Counted from the first letter of the whole stretch, positions 1 to 14,393 are shown. The stretch: 60,346 nucleotides of DNA, filler included, from Hausera hauseri (GCA_046269625.1; 10 parts of 10 records of this genome joined end to end with filler, not necessarily neighbours in it); one strand, 5' to 3'. The notes: generated from the sequence alone by a model not told the origin. Numbers and translations are program-made.

Positions 1-2
1 AA

Positions 3-308
3 AATGAAAGACTATTTAATGAATATGTGGATGAACTAGCAATGATCTACCAGTCTAATGCCTTTGCTACAGAAGTTGACACTTATGAAAAGGACTTCGA
101 TATTGGCAATCTTCTTAAGCAATTAAGAGATACAATTAAAAGTGGTATATTTCACAAATCAAGAATTATGCCAGAAGCCAAATTGCCAACAACTTTCTGA
201 GAACACATTGAATTATTCGCTCGATGTATGATCATTTATGATATCATAATGAATGTTGGCGCAAAGGCGATTGAACGAAGAAAAAAGACTATAGACTTGA
301 ATTTTTAG
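3..308 (+). pseudogene. 3' end of an unknown ORF (one internal stop), probably inside a Polinton-like element
   Basis: Frame reads NERLFNEYVDELAMIYQSNAF...PTTF*EHIELFARCMIIYDII...DLNF*; AATAAA at 344-349; converges on ORF 424-714, which lies next to a Polinton-type terminus. Confidence 0.4.
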
Positions 309-423
309 TAAATTGTTATATAGTTATTATGTACTTGTTATGTAATAAAACTTTTATGTGTTTTTGTGTTTTTACTTTTATAAAACAACAAGACAATGAA
401 TACAAGATTTATTTAGCAAACAT

Positions 424-714
424 TTATTCATATTTGACAAAGTAACTAATTACATTGTTTAGTTTCTTCTGACTATTTCCCAATTCTTCTACCATTTTGA
501 TTATTTTATCAATCATCGGAGTTGCATAAATCAGTCTGCTTCGAACTAACTCCAACGGAATCTCTGGTGCTACATATACTAAATCATCTGTCGTAGAAAA
601 CAAAGCCTGATGTTCGTGTAATCCTTGTTGAATTTCTTCTTGTTTCAACTTTAACAATGCTCTATATAGTGTCATTTTTGATGTAAATGTTGGCAATTCA
701 TCTGGTTGAAACAT
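424..714 (-). CDS. Small orphan protein (~96 aa) transcribed inward from a Polinton-like terminal repeat
   Basis: Intact ORF from ATG at 714; TATAAAT on the minus strand at 741-747; minus-strand AATAAA at 408-413 and 423-428. Confidence 0.5.
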   Translation of the reverse strand: MFQPDELPTFTSKMTLYRALLKLKQEEIQQGLHEHQALFSTTDDLVYVAPEIPLELVRSRLIYATPMIDKIIKMVEELGNSQKKLNNVISYFVKYE

Positions 715-769
715 TTTCCCCAAGTGACTTACACAGGCGTATTTATATCAACTTTGCAAAATTTAAACA

Positions 770-1038
770 ACGTGGGGTTGGGAAAAGTGCAACCACGACG
801 AGGCCAATTGATTTTTGGGGGTGGGAATAGTAAAACCACGATAAGGCCAATTTTCCCTATATAAAATATTGATTTTTTGGGTGGTGGGAATAGTGAAACC
901 CCGATGAGGCCAATTGATCACAAAAAATTATCGATTTCAAAATTTTTCCCATATAAAAATATTGATTATTGATTTCCAATCCTGGGGGTCTCGAGATAGG
1001 AAATTTATATTGGCCTCATGTCCTCCCTTCCCCCTACT
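770..1038 (-). mobile_element. Polinton/Maverick-like terminus (TIR) with three ~36-bp subrepeats
   Basis: Reverse complement begins AGTAGGGGGAAGGGAGGA, matching the termini at 21778 and 52990; three copies of GTGGGAATAGTGAAACC..GAGGCCAATT-like units at ~774-809, 817-852 and 880-915. Confidence 0.65.
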
Positions 1039-3675
1039 CACTGGGAATATGGTACTATAAATGAAACCAACACATTTTATATAGGCAGAACATAAAAGAA
1101 ACAAAAAAGGAATGAAAATTTTGTCCATGTTCACAATTCATCAACGTGTGGTGGAGATTTGAACAACTGCAAAATGCTGTTACATTTAAAATCTACAAAT
1201 GCGTTGTTTTGTCTTTCTAAACGAACATTTTTTTCATATTATTAACCAACATTATATTTTGCACATTGCTCTGACTATTTGTTATCAAAACTCGGATTTA
1301 CAGTTAAATCGGATTCCTTGTAAGTGAGATTCGTCTGCGAGTTGTTCAACTAACATAACTACTGAAATATGTAGCTATGTGATTGCAACTTTTGTTGTGG
1401 TAAACTTTCAGTCAATTTTATTTGTTGCAATTTTCGATTGTTCTTTACGAGACGAGACTAACTTTTTGATTGATAACCAGAATGTACTTTTAACAATAAG
1501 CCGGATAAAATAAATTTCACCAGATTATGTTAACTTATTTTTTTGCATAATCCTAGTTTTGCAAAAATGTTGATGATAATTAAACATGTGATTTTGTTCT
1601 ACACATTCATTTCAGAACGTATATACATATTACTCTGCATTTTCAATTATCAATTTACATAATCTCTTTACTATGAAAAAATCTACTTAAACTGGAATGA
1701 TCAAAGGGTGAATCACTAATCAATAACAAGTCTTTCAAGTAAAAATCTTTTGAAGATCCAACTATAATAAATAACAAGTCTGAACAACACAAATATATAT
1801 TGAATAAAATAACCACGAATTAAACAGTACAATTCCACAAATAAAAATTCAACTTTTAATATTTCACAGAATATAGCAACTTCAGGTTAATCAGCTTTTC
1901 TTCAAAATAACTTAAATTATAAAGCTTGCAAATCGACAGCTTCAAGTCTTGTTTCTCCGGAATACCGGGAATAAATGTTCGATTCTATTGAATTTAGTGT
2001 CAGTATTTATAGTTAAATTTTAACTGACTTAGCGAGTCTCAGCAAATCAGAATCAAGGCTAATCTAATTTCTAACTTAGTTAAAACAAATAGGCTGAGAC
2101 TTAAATAGATTTTAATTCTATAGGGTGGTTAAATTTCTTCATTCTGGATCTAATGCATTATCATTCAATTACTTTAAACTTTACTTCAATTTTTACTGGT
2201 TAATATTTTCCATTAATTCTGGAATATTTTTAACAATTCCTAACACATATGGAGTAAACGTTATGAATACTCAATAACAAAACAGGAAGGGTAACCCATA
2301 AATGTCCTTCAAGTGGCCAAAGAAAATGATAAAAGCCGTATGAATCGTTGGACGATTATGGACATGTATGAGTTATTTGCATAATTATTTAGTTAATTCA
2401 CTTTTATAAAATGAGAAAATATGCAATAAATGCCCAAGAAACGACTTGGAAGGACAGTGGATTAGCAACTAACATCTTAATGTCATGGTAACAAAATTCA
2501 ATTATTATATCATAATCAATAAAATAAAAAATTAGCCACGTAGTATTTGAAAAAAGCAAATAGCAAGTGTTCCCTGCTCAATCTTTGTGATTTGTACAAT
2601 TTTATGTAAAGTCAGTCTCCATCAATTTTCGGATAATACACCTTTATTTGACTTTATTAGGGATAATAATAAAATATTTATATGCAATTCTAAAATATAA
2701 AACGACTAACGGCATCACAATTGTAATAAAATAAAGGATAACACATATCTACTCTAACATAAAACAATATAGTATTACTTAAATTAATCAATAAATTTCA
2801 TTAACAATCAATAGAAAACAATATAGTACAATATGTTACACGCACAATTCAGACTTAATGACAATATAAAAGAGGATACAAATCACGCATATCCCTAGCT
2901 GTCAACAAATTCCTTATGTCAATTATCTGTAGACAAATGTCAATAATCAATGAAACATCGACAGTTACATTTTCATGTTCTAAATGCATCTGAATCTTTA
3001 TTTTCCCAATACGTACGTTGACATTACGTCTGATGATCAAATGGTGACGTACGCTTAATGACAACATTGCTGCCATAGCAAGTATCCACGGCCGACCTAA
3101 AACGATATTAAAGTGACATCGGAACAAGAAACGACGCACACAACCTACCCGTAAGCGCCCACCTATGAATTTGAAATTGCCGTATCGAGGACCGATTTCG
3201 AATTCGACTCCTCTGTCCAGTTCTTTCGATGATTTTATTTTGCCATGGTTGTGAGCAAATAAATAAAAAATGTTTATGCTGCTGTTACAAACAAATACAA
3301 AAATGCCAAATATTGATAATTCGGCTCAACAATTAAATTAAAATTGGAACAGTAAAACAAAATTAATGCGAGATGACAACTAATAAAATTTCATTTTTCT
3401 TCTTGTCGTCTGTATGAAGACTAAATTATTAATTATCATCCAGGGTGCAATTTTATTAGCATTAATACGGACATTTTTCATTAATTTTGGCACTTAAATT
3501 TAGTTTTGAACTAATGAAAGATACACATTAACATTTTATAAAGGGCATTAATTTTGCATTAATATTTTATTTTTAAATTATTTATTTTTCAATAAGCTTA
3601 AAAGTCCTTAGATGTTAGTGAATAACCCCTTACAAGGAAAACAATTTTACTGAAAATTTTGATTTTTATAGTAAT

Positions 3676-3780
3676 TAGTCAGAGATGTGCAAAATAAAAT
3701 GTTGATTAATGATATGAAGAAAAAATTTCATCGAGAAAGACAAAATAACACATCTGGAGCACTTGTTCAAATCTCCCCTA
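3676..3780 (+). repeat. Dispersed repeat, second copy at ~10153-10252
   Basis: TAGTCAGAGATGTGCAAAATA(A/T)AATG(T/C)TGATTAAT...CACTTGTT(C/G)AAAT shared by both sites. Confidence 0.6.
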
Positions 3781-3949
3781 TACGTTGATGAATTGTCAAA
3801 CTTTATTCGATGTGTCAGTATATGTCTGTGATTGTTTACATAGTGGTGCCAGTAGTGCGCTGAGTGAGGCCAAACCGGTTACGCACTACGTGCGCTTGTG
3901 ACGCGATACCAGTTTATCCGTTTATTTACTTATTGGCGCTAGTGGTGGC

Positions 3950-5104
3950 CTGGGCCCTGCGTAATATACTACACAGATCGTTGCGTTAAAGGAACATTCT
4001 TCTATATCAACAAGGGAAATTGCCAAATTATTAAATATTTCTCAAAACTCTGGTTTCGTGGGTCAAAAGGCACGAAGAGACTGGTTCAACCAAATCCAAA
4101 GCAAGATCCAAGAAAACAATAACTCAGGAAAACAACAAAACGGTTTGACAGGCGATTGAGAAGTAAAGCCATAAAAATTTCTTTTGCCACTGCAAATGAA
4201 GTGAAAGCGAAGCTAAGTTGTACACTTTCCGTAAGCACAATAAAAAGGCGATTACATGACGATTTTAACTTGATTGTTAAGAGTCCCAAGAAGAAAGCCC
4301 TAATAACGTTGTGCAGTGAAGCAAAAGCGGTTAGAATTCTGCCAAAAGTTCAAAGATTGGAGCCAGGAACAATGGCGGAGAGTCATGTTCAGCGACGAAT
4401 GCACCTTCGCATGTCCCAAACCTCAAAACCAGTTTGTCAGAATTACCCGTTATGTCCTCGTTATTAAGTCCACCTTACACTTTTAAGACAACAAAGCATC
4501 CTTTTTCTGTTATGGTTTGATAATGTTTCGGATATGAACAACAATGAACACCCAATATTATTTGGAAATGATTGAGAAAAAGCTTAAAATAATTATGGAT
4601 ATTTTGAACTGCAACATTTATCAACAGGATTCTGCTCCATTTCATGTTTCCAAAGCAACCGTGGCATTGTTCCAAACGCATCGAATTGAGGTCTTGGACT
4701 GGCCTGGAAACAGTCCAGACCTCAATCCGATTGAAAACATGTGGTGAATTGTCAATAACAAGTTGCACTCAACAGAATTCAAGAACTTTGATGAACTCAA
4801 ATGTGCTATTATTAAAGTTTGGTGCCGGGAAATAACGCCGAAGATCTTCAAGTAATTTATTACCAGCATGCCAAGACGAATTAATGCTGTTTTGTTGAAC
4901 CTAGAATATCCAACCAAGTATTGAGCATTATTGACTATTGTGAGTATTTTGATATATTAGTGTTGCTATAATGTGCTATTTTGCTTATTCAATAAAAATC
5001 AATAAATGTTTAATTAAATTATCGAATTTTTCATGTTTTAAACCAAAACATTCAAAAAATTCAAAAAAAATTACCGTGAGTGTAAACTTATCAACGACAT
5101 TGTA
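3950..5104 (+). mobile_element. Degenerate Tc1-type (DD34E) DNA transposon
   Basis: Frameshifted transposase: SVSTIKRRLH, WRRVMFSDEC, YQQDSAPFH, LDWPGNSPDLNPIENMW; possible right end ...GACATTG-TA near 5100. Confidence 0.9.
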
Positions 5105-5764
5105 AAATATTACTTACAGTTAATTATTTTTAAGCTTTTGGACTAAAATTCTTTTGAAAACATGTAGTGTTGTATATAAATATGAATAACTTTTTTTCGA
5201 ATCTTTATATTTTGATGACAAATCTGCATTTTTCATACGGTTATTCATATATTTTAGTATTCCTATAGTTGATTTATTGACCGTTCATTGAAATGATATG
5301 AAGTACATACTGTTCATGTAGAGCATTCTTACCAAGTTTTCTGTTTTTGTCAATTAATGTATAATAAAGTTTATATTATATATTGATGCACTGATTTGCA
5401 TTAATGTTAATTGTAAAAATAACAAGTATTTTTGAGCATATTTTTAACCATATTCTGCTATACTTTTCGTGAGTTGCTCTTACCAAATGTTGGTATTGTG
5501 TGACTTTAGCTTGGTAAACTTATGTAATTGACTTGATAGAATTATCCTTTATATTAATGTACTAAATTTTTCTCTAATATTTGCTTTAGGTGATAAGGAT
5601 TACATTTTTAGATTTTTAATATTTTTAAGAAATTTTATTACAAATAGTATTAAAATTCTCACAAATTTTTGTCTACTATTTCTAAATCAATCAATTTTGT
5701 AAATTGTCATTTTCTTGTACTTTAATTAAATATCTATCTGATTCCGAATGTTGATGTATCCGGT

Positions 5765-6820
5765 AAACACACATGAGCAAGTGTGTCAAAATCAATAATA
5801 TCAGATTTCCGTTAATTCCAATATTGATCATTGGCACCTGGCACTGGGTTCAATCGAGTACAAAATCGATTCTCTATATAACTATGGAATTAGAATTTAA
5901 GTCGGTCGATTGGTTTTCGATAAAATCCCAACTGAGACAGACTCCTCACAGGCCTTTTTGGGAAATGCTCATTGCAGAGGTACCCTTGGGCACCGATGCC
6001 ATGGCACTTTTACACTTTCACATAATTGTCGCTGCACGGCCCAGCAATGCTCGAATCGATTTGGACCAAGTGCTAGGGGATAGAACAGATCGAGATGCAT
6101 ATCGATGTGCCGCTGCAGGACACATGCACATATGCAAGTGTGCAAAAATCAATAATATCGGATTTCCGATATTTCCAATATTGATGATTAGCATGTGACT
6201 GGATGCAATTGGTTGGAAACACGATGCACTATACGAATGTGCAATTAGAATTTAAATCTACCGATTGATTTTCGGATAATATCGAGTCGAATGTGAGGTG
6301 GTGAAGACTTCCAATAGGTTGTATTTGCCCTAAGGAGTCAATATTCGATACAATATTTAGCAGGGACAGATAGGAAGTTGAGTATGGCGATCTCGAATAT
6401 CGATTCAAATATTCGAAATTGGAACATTTTGGCCCGAATATGGAATTTTTCGAAAAATATTATGATGGCATTAGATTTCCCGTGTCCGAATAAACCCTTA
6501 GGCATTAAAGTTATTCCATGAAAATGTGCTATATACGTACAAAATCAATATTTCGAATTAAGCAAAATGTGTATTTAAAGCCCAGTGAAGCGTAAATCGA
6601 TAAATCCTTAAGCGCACACATGTAGAAAAGCATGCATGGCGAATCGGAGTATGGCATCAGATATTCGAATTCGTACTTCCAAGTCGAACATTTAGCTATT
6701 CGCACCAGAAAACTCGGTCAACCGTACGTTATTCGAAGAATCTAATGGCTTTAATCGATTCTTCATGCACGAAAACCTATACGGCAATCAATATCGGCGG
6801 GGTGTATCGCACTGCCGTGT
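5765..6820. repeat. Non-autonomous DNA-transposon-like repeat with an internal ~355-bp duplication
   Basis: 5768-5930 resembles 6121-6290 (CAAGTGTG.AAAATCAATAATATC.GATTTCCG; AATTAGAATTTAA); ends in CACTGCCGTG, similar to CMC/Chapaev termini. Confidence 0.4.
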
Positions 6821-6929
6821 ATTTAAAAAAGGTTTAGTAATAAGTAAAAAGTGTCTAAAATACTGAGTAAACTGTGCTGATAATCAAAAAACTTTAAAAG
6901 CTACAGTTAAACCGAAATTTTGCAAAAGA

Positions 6930-7240
6930 AAATAAAAACTAAACGAAGAAACGAACTACAAATAATAAATGACGCTGATACTGAACAAGCCAAAACGGTT
7001 TCATGCTCATGGCATCAAAAGCAAGAAAATTTTGAGTATTCAGCCGGATGGTTAGGAAAACTTAAAGATCGCTGTCAGAAAATGTCTGGGGAACGTCTTT
7101 CTGATAATCATGATGCTGTTCAATCATATATTGATAAATTGAAAACTGTAATTACAGCAGTGGGCCTTAAGTGAAAACAGCTATACAACTCTGATAAAAG
7201 TGCGTTGTACTGGAAAGGTCTTCCTCAAAAATACCATAGC
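6930..7240 (+). pseudogene. Tigger/pogo (CENP-B-like) transposase fragment
   Basis: FEYSAGWLGKLKDR..SGERLS...QLYNSDKSALYWKGLP matches the pogo F.AS.GWL..FK.R / YN.DETGL.W..LP pattern. Confidence 0.75.
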
Positions 7241-10200
7241 GCTAAAGACTGAGGGTTACGCGGATGGACGAAAAAGTACCAAAATGTAAAATTATTGTAA
7301 TACCATTCAACCAACCAACTATCATCCAGTTTTATGTTATAGAATGTATCGTTCAAACTGTCGCAGTCGTATGCAAATTGTAATTTTATCTCTCTCCCCG
7401 CCAATTTGTTGAATTTCTGTTGACTTTGCCCCTTCGTATTTATAAGCTGTTTCATTAGTCTTTGACTTTCGAAGGTTTTCTGTGTGGCCACAAAAGCGAC
7501 GAATTGGTTAACTTTTCTGATACTGTTCTGCTCTTTCTAGAAGATATTTTGTTTTTTTGTTCTAACTTTTGGCAAAACGAGCAAATATGAGCGAGTCAAT
7601 GGTGGTTACACATTATCGTACATCAACGGTTTAAATAAAATAAAATATTTGAAATAAAATATTTTTCACCATTTATTTGGAATTTCTATTAAAATTGCGT
7701 TTGACTAAAAAGGCAGAAGTACATTTTCAGAACATAACAAAATTTTTACAGGATTGATATATACATATTTTGTACTCAGTAGTAGAAAAATAACATAAAA
7801 GATACGGATATAGCACCGAGATACGGAAGGTGAATGAGTGACAAATTTTCGGTAAATATAATTGTCAAATTCATTGTAATTCTGATTATTTACATTTATC
7901 AGAAATGGGATATTTTCTGTGATAATTGACCTTTTAGGTTTTTGTGAAAATGGCGATGATTACGACATGGGGAATTACATAATTTGAATATTGTTTGAAT
8001 TGATTTCATTTTTCGGAATGTGATTATCGGTTTAGATAAATTTTTCATATTTTGTTCGTTTTCCGTACATTATCGTGTACGTATGATTATACACTATAAA
8101 ACTGACTTTCGAGTTGAGATTTCCAATTGCGTCTGGAATTAAACGTTGTGAGAGAAGTTTAATTGTTGTGGTGAGATGTATAGTCAGTATCGATCTGTAA
8201 TCGATGATCCAACGGTAAAACTGTTCAAGGCTGAGAATCAGGCCCGACTATTGGTCCGGTATAGTGAAAGCGATACGCTCAACCGTGTCCAACCAAAATG
8301 GGCCAAGGGGCAAGGTCCACGCTGGCGCAGCATAGATATTAGGATTATAATATTTGAAAATTTTCTTTTTCTTCTAATATTCGATTTAAAACATGAAAAT
8401 AATATTCATCCATATACTGTCCCATCACATATTAATTTATACATAACATTATGAAATACGCTCTTGTAACGCTTACAATATTAAAGAAATATTTTGTATT
8501 GAAAAATACTAAACAAAGAATATTCTGAACACTCGTTCTTGTTTGAAATCAGATTTCATTAAGTAAATGTTGGAATATTTATTTCAAAATTGCAAATCAT
8601 TAGAAGGACTAGTTTCGATTTCTCTTCATTTATAACAAACACGTTAAATCATGACAGGGAAGAGTATCGCAGTTTCAATGCACGACGTTTAGTCGCTTTA
8701 AGGGTTATTACAAAGCTTTTTTTAAAAAAATAATGTACATCAACCAAAATCATGATGCTAATTATAACTTTTGTCAGAATTCTAGTTTTGGTAAAATAAT
8801 GTTTTAAATACTATTTTAAATAATGAATAGAAATAATTGCAAATAATAATATTTGAAAACGGAATAACGGAGATATTATAAAAGATCAAATTGAATGTCA
8901 AACATTTTTAAAATTTATGATCACATGAAATACAGTCATACCTCAATAGAACGAGGCCTCTTCATTTCAGAATGTAGTATAAAATAAAAATTCTGGAGAA
9001 GCGGTAAATATTATTTCTAATCTTAAAATAAAACGGCGTACACCTTTAATAAAACATCACTAACATTTAATGAGTAGAAACTGTTTTTAATTATAAAATG
9101 ATGCAAAAATAGTAAGGAGATAATGTAAATTGAAATTTTATTTTGCTCTTATTATTTATAATTTGTTTTCATTATAACTCATTAATTACTTTCAAATGGT
9201 AAATAAGCTAGTAAATAAGCCATGGATAACAAGTTATTAGGTAAGAAATAAAATAGTTCATCATTTGAGAATACAATAATCTGTTATCGAAATTATTATC
9301 ATGATTCTACGAGTAAAGTAATATTATTAATAATAAAATATATAAAAACTTATTCCACTTGCCATTTTTTTCTGAAGTAAAAAATGTAATTTAAAATGTA
9401 AAGGAATTTCACCCTATTTCGTCGTACTTTGTCTGATCTTTTAAATTGAAAATGTGAATTATAATCAGTAATTGCCTTTTTATGTGATATTGAACGACAT
9501 TTTAGACAATTTAAATAGTATAAACAAATAAATTTGTGTGCATAAAATAAAGCAAGGTCAAGTACCAAAAATGCAATAATCTCCACAGGTCAAAGTTTCT
9601 AGTCACCAATTAAAATTTAATGGACGGACTAGCAGACAAAATGTCGATGCATAAACGAAATGGTATCGATTTAACCTTAATTTTTCTAAATGCAGCCAAG
9701 ATTTGATGATTTTTGGCTTGTATATTTCTGTATTCAAATAGTACAGAATGTAGTTTAATGGAATCATATCGGAAAAAGGGATTGTAAAGGACAATTTTTC
9801 GGTACGTTTAGTAAATTTGATGTAACAATTCGATACAATAGAATTGGAATTTGATTAAAAAGTTTTATATGAATTTTAATCGGTTTTTGTAAATAAATAT
9901 TGACGAACGTTTTTGATGCTCTTATTAAGATATTGAAATGAAAATATATCTGTAGCTTTGGAGATTGTTGTTAAATAGACAAGTATGAACAGGAGGACGG
10001 CATCAAAAAGTTTAAAAGTCCAATTGTAGAACCAAACTTTCAATGCCATTTTAATATGTTAATTTATATGTAATGACGTGTCGACTGTGAGAATTAGGGC
10101 AATTTAACTAGAATGAAAACGATTTTTACTGTAATATGGATTTTTATTATAACAAATAGTCAGAGATGTGCAAAATATAATGCTGATTAATAGTGTGAAA

Positions 10201-11169
10201 AAAATTGGAGCCTTTAAATGTGACATCGTATCACACTTGTTGAAATACCCCCTCCATTTCGAGTGATATTCTTTTTTTGTTAACCCGAATATAAGTTACT
10301 AACGTTACAGTATGATCACTGCGCTCTTTGGGGAAAAATGATGCTACAAATCTTGTTGAATCCGATATTTTGATTTTATTATGATATTCAAGTTAGAAAA
10401 ACGAAATTCAAAAATACTTACGCTGCTAACATTTTGTAAAGCGAAATTGTCATTCATTTTCAATATTTTCGCGCAATCCGGATCAATAAAGTTCTTGGGC
10501 TTCTGTGAAACACTGTCTCAAACTTTGCCTCTCAAGCTTTGGTTTCTGATGTAGAATTTCACGGTGTCTTCATGAATTTTATCTTGGTCTGGTGAATATT
10601 CACCGATATCTGATTGGCATGTGGAATTAAAGAATTATATTAAAAGCACCACGCAAAAGTTGTGACTTTGAATAATTTCGACCATTTGATTATTTTTCAA
10701 TCCGTTGTAGAAATCTTCTAATGATTTTGAAAGAGCACGAAAAAAGACACAAAATGAATAAATTAGAACAGTTTGAGCTCATTTGTTTAGTCAGTTATAT
10801 GATATATTATCAGGTGAATTGATTTAATATTACAATTACGTTGTACTGAAATTTAAATATTAGGGGGAAATTTAAAGTGGAAATGGCATTATTTGAGAGC
10901 TGTGATTGAGTAATTGAAAGTTAAAGTAAAACCTTTAGTTCGTACACTTCAATACTTTTAAGTGAGCGGAAGTGGGAAGTTTACGTATTTGGGAAGGTAT
11001 TTTGTAATATTTCATTGCGTAATACTTGTTAAAAATAACATTAAATAAATATACGCATTACTTACAAGTTAAAATCTAACTTTTGTAAAATATACATAAT
11101 AAAAAAGTCAATACAAATAAAAGTGCTTAAACTACGATAAATCAGAACATCAATTGTAATATATGTTAT

Positions 11170-11832
11170 ATATTGGGGTGGCCCTTATTCAACTCCTACT
11201 ATATAACAATAATTACACTTGAAATTTTAGTACCTTAATGCAGGTAAGGTCTACCGTAATCGGATAGACAGAATGTACCTTATGACAATTAGTTTAATTA
11301 GTAATGCGGATACTCCCTTGACTTCCTGTGTGAAATGTTTAACAAAATTCTTCTCTTAACTATATGAATTTTAAGTACAGATTTTAGACCTTAGTGTCGT
11401 CAAATCACCCTTAAGGGCAAAGGTAAACTATGAGAAAAGTTTATACAAACAAAAATTTATTACACAACAATTACCAATAATCACTGAAGCACAATATCGA
11501 ATGTGACTTCAATACTTCAATAGCTCAGTTATCCAGTTCTGTTCAGCACCGATTTTCCCAAAACTCATCGTCTCTTGACTTTTCGACAACTCTTCAATGA
11601 ACTCCAAATAATTTTCAAATAGCTCCAGCTAACTTCAAAATATTTCAACGAACTCCGACTTTGTCAAATCCTTAATATCTGCTGCCGTTTATATAGTAAT
11701 GTAACTGCGTACGTGACTAATTTAGTTTTCTATTCTTAGAATTACTAACAGTTTTTAACTGAATTTTTCAGTATTTTCCAATCTAAAAATTAATACAAAT
11801 TAGTAGGAATGGAGTGCATGGCCCCAACCCCC
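11170..11832. repeat. Possible LTR remnant
   Basis: Bounded by TTGGGGTGGCC ... GGCCCCAA inverted ends, non-coding; weak evidence. Confidence 0.25.
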
Positions 11833-11932
11833 NNNNNNNNNNNNNNNNNNNNNNNNNNNNNNNNNNNNNNNNNNNNTTAATTAATTAANNNNNNNNNNNN
11901 NNNNNNNNNNNNNNNNNNNNNNNNNNNNNNNN
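11833..11932. other. Artificial contig spacer (N44-TTAATTAATTAA-N44)
   Basis: Identical 100-bp six-frame-stop linkers also at 17037-17136, 21214-21313, 25622-25721, 31133-31232, 35870-35969, 43061-43160, 47518-47617 and 53464-53563. Confidence 0.97.
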
Positions 11933-12374
11933 AACATTTTCAATCAGAAAGTGTATGTGTCTATAAACAAATTCAAAAATCGACGACACGATAGTGACAA
12001 AATGAAAAATTTCCGAAAAACAATTTTAAAAGTAAGCCTATTAATCGGGTGTCCGGCAAGAAGCGGAATTTACTAAAGTATCGAAAACGATTCATTGGCT
12101 TTGCCAACGCTCGTAGTAAACGACTGAAACGAGAGGTTATGTACCAACAAGACTGGTGATTCCTTGGTGCAATTCTACCGATTGTCACGTCATTACTGGG
12201 TAGATTCATTGGTTCTGCAACAACATCATAGTATAAACAATGACTGTAAGTATATTATGATTCGGCGATATGGGTGCATGGATTTCATCATTTTGCCCCC
12301 GTTTACCGAATCTTTCATTTATGTTTCGTTCAAATTGTTGTAATGCAAGAAAAATCGCATCATCGACTACGACG

Positions 12375-13414
12375 ATGGGCAACGTGTGGTTCGACGCACG
12401 TCATCCCGTAGGGTATACGGGCGTCGACAAATTGGCAAAGACTGTCAAACAGACTCGGAAACAGACCCTAGTTAGCTCGGGAAACAGTTCGCATACAGCC
12501 TAAACAAACCGATAAGAAGGCGGTTTCCAACTCATGCATACCGTGTTGCCGGTATAAATAATGTATAGCAATTAGATCTGATGGAAATGATTTCGTACGA
12601 CAGCATCAACGATGGGTATCGGTACGTGTTGACATGCGTTGATGTGTTTAGTCGTTTTGCACTTGCAATTGCCGTGAAAACTAAATCCTGTAAAAATATT
12701 ACCGTCGCTCTTCAGATACTGATGTAACAACAATAACAACAGCCGAAGCATTTACAAACGGATTTAGGTAAGGAATTCTATAACGCCCATGTTGCAGCGG
12801 TCTTGAAACGGTTTGGTGTAAACCATAACTCAGTGTTTTCCCAATACAAGGTTGCGCTCGTTGAACGATTTAATCGTACATTTCGCGGTCGGCTAAACAA
12901 CTTTTTTACGAAGCAAGGTAACAAACGCTGGGTAGATGTACTGCCGGATATTATTCATGCATACAATCATTGGACACATCGTGGAATCAACGGAATGCGC
13001 CCGGTTGACGTAATCGATGATATGGATATGTGGCTTTATCAAAACGGAACACGAGGACAACGACAGGGAATTAAATGCTTAAAATATAAAATCGGTGCTT
13101 ACGTACGTATTTCGAAAATCGGTTCAACGCCATTCATTAAGAATTTCAATCAGAACTGGAGCAATGAGGTTTTCCGCATTTCGGCAATAAACACAAAACA
13201 AACACCTGTCACGTACGTTTTAGACGATGAAAACGGTAAGGAAATAAGCGGTAAATTCTACAAACAGAAACTGCAGGTACCGTCCGAGAAACCCGATGTA
13301 TATTGTATTCAGGAAATTCTACGTTCATGTGGCAAAAGTTCGAATAAACAATATCTCGTCACGTGGCACGAATACACTGCACCGAGTTGGATTTTTGCAT
13401 CACAGATTCAATGA
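12375..13414 (+). pseudogene. Polinton/adintovirus retroviral-like (rve) integrase
   Basis: W.DARHPVGYTG, AYSLNKPIRRRFP, QLDLMEM, YVLTCVDVFSRF, LQTDLGKEFYN, VERFNRT, YKIGAYVRISK, NWSNEVF, chromo-like QYLVTWHEY..SW; frameshift and stops. Confidence 0.92.
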
Positions 13415-14354
13415 GCAGCAGCAGCTTTTACTTGGTACTTGATAGTAACATATTATTATCACAACATGACGACAATGACAATATAGCTAAATAGTTTATC
13501 ATGCACTTGGACCAACCGGTTGATTTACGCCAGGGGGCCTAAGAAGTGGTTTTGACGGAATTCACATTTACATTTTTACCAATTACAATGTCAGAACAGT
13601 GGTATTTACTTTACCCGACAAGAAAAGTACATTGCTTCAAGTCATTTGCGGACAATCCGACACAATAATCGATATACTCTTTGCAATTATTCGCGAGAAA
13701 ATTTCTCGGTTTATGCTTATTTTTCGAACTACCGTATGAAACTAATGCATCGAAATCCCATTGAAATGCAGTTTAATTTTATAGCTGATACTCAGGCATG
13801 GGGATTTCAATCAGTCAATGTACACTCAAAACATCTACGGCTAGGTGTACATGTTATAATTGGTGAAAAATTGGACCTTTCATCCAATGCGGAATCTGAT
13901 ATTATAGTAAAGTGTATTAAGTCAGAATCAGTCTTCCGCTCATGTATTATACCACACGATTTACTAATGGAAACAGAACTTGAATTGTGTGAGTACGTCG
14001 CGAATTCTATCAAAACATTGTTGGACGACCTATTGTTGCCAAATACAAACCACAACTCTATGGATCATCTCATAGAATCAACATTTTAACGGATTTAACC
14101 GAATCCGTACTCGTTGGTGGAGGACGTAAACAACTACTGGCTTTTATGGAACTGGATTTAGACACTTACAAAACATGGGGTAAAACTGTTCGCGTTAATA
14201 TGCTCAGACCCATGTATTTATCATTGTCTCACAATATTGTGCACATTATTTTCGTTCTTATTTATTGCTTGATGAATTTTGGCAACCCATTAAATTTCTG
14301 TTCGGGTCAACGACACGTTTGACGTTACATTTTCGACGTCGTCAACGTCGATAA
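13411..14354 (+). pseudogene. Polinton/adintovirus minor capsid protein (penton), copy 1
   Basis: FYLVLDSN...HLDQPVDL..A*EVVLTEF N-terminus and TESVLVGGGRKQLL...RPMYL...LTLHFRR C-terminus; ATGA overlap with the integrase stop. Confidence 0.8.
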
Positions 14355-14393
14355 ACAAACTGCGTCATCATTATCATCATCATCATCGAGATC

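Noticed and set aside
11833-11932. Recurrent TTAATTAATTAA flanked by Ns as a biological repeat or piggyBac target
   Set aside because: Fixed 100-bp format at nine places; it is an assembly linker with stops in all six frames
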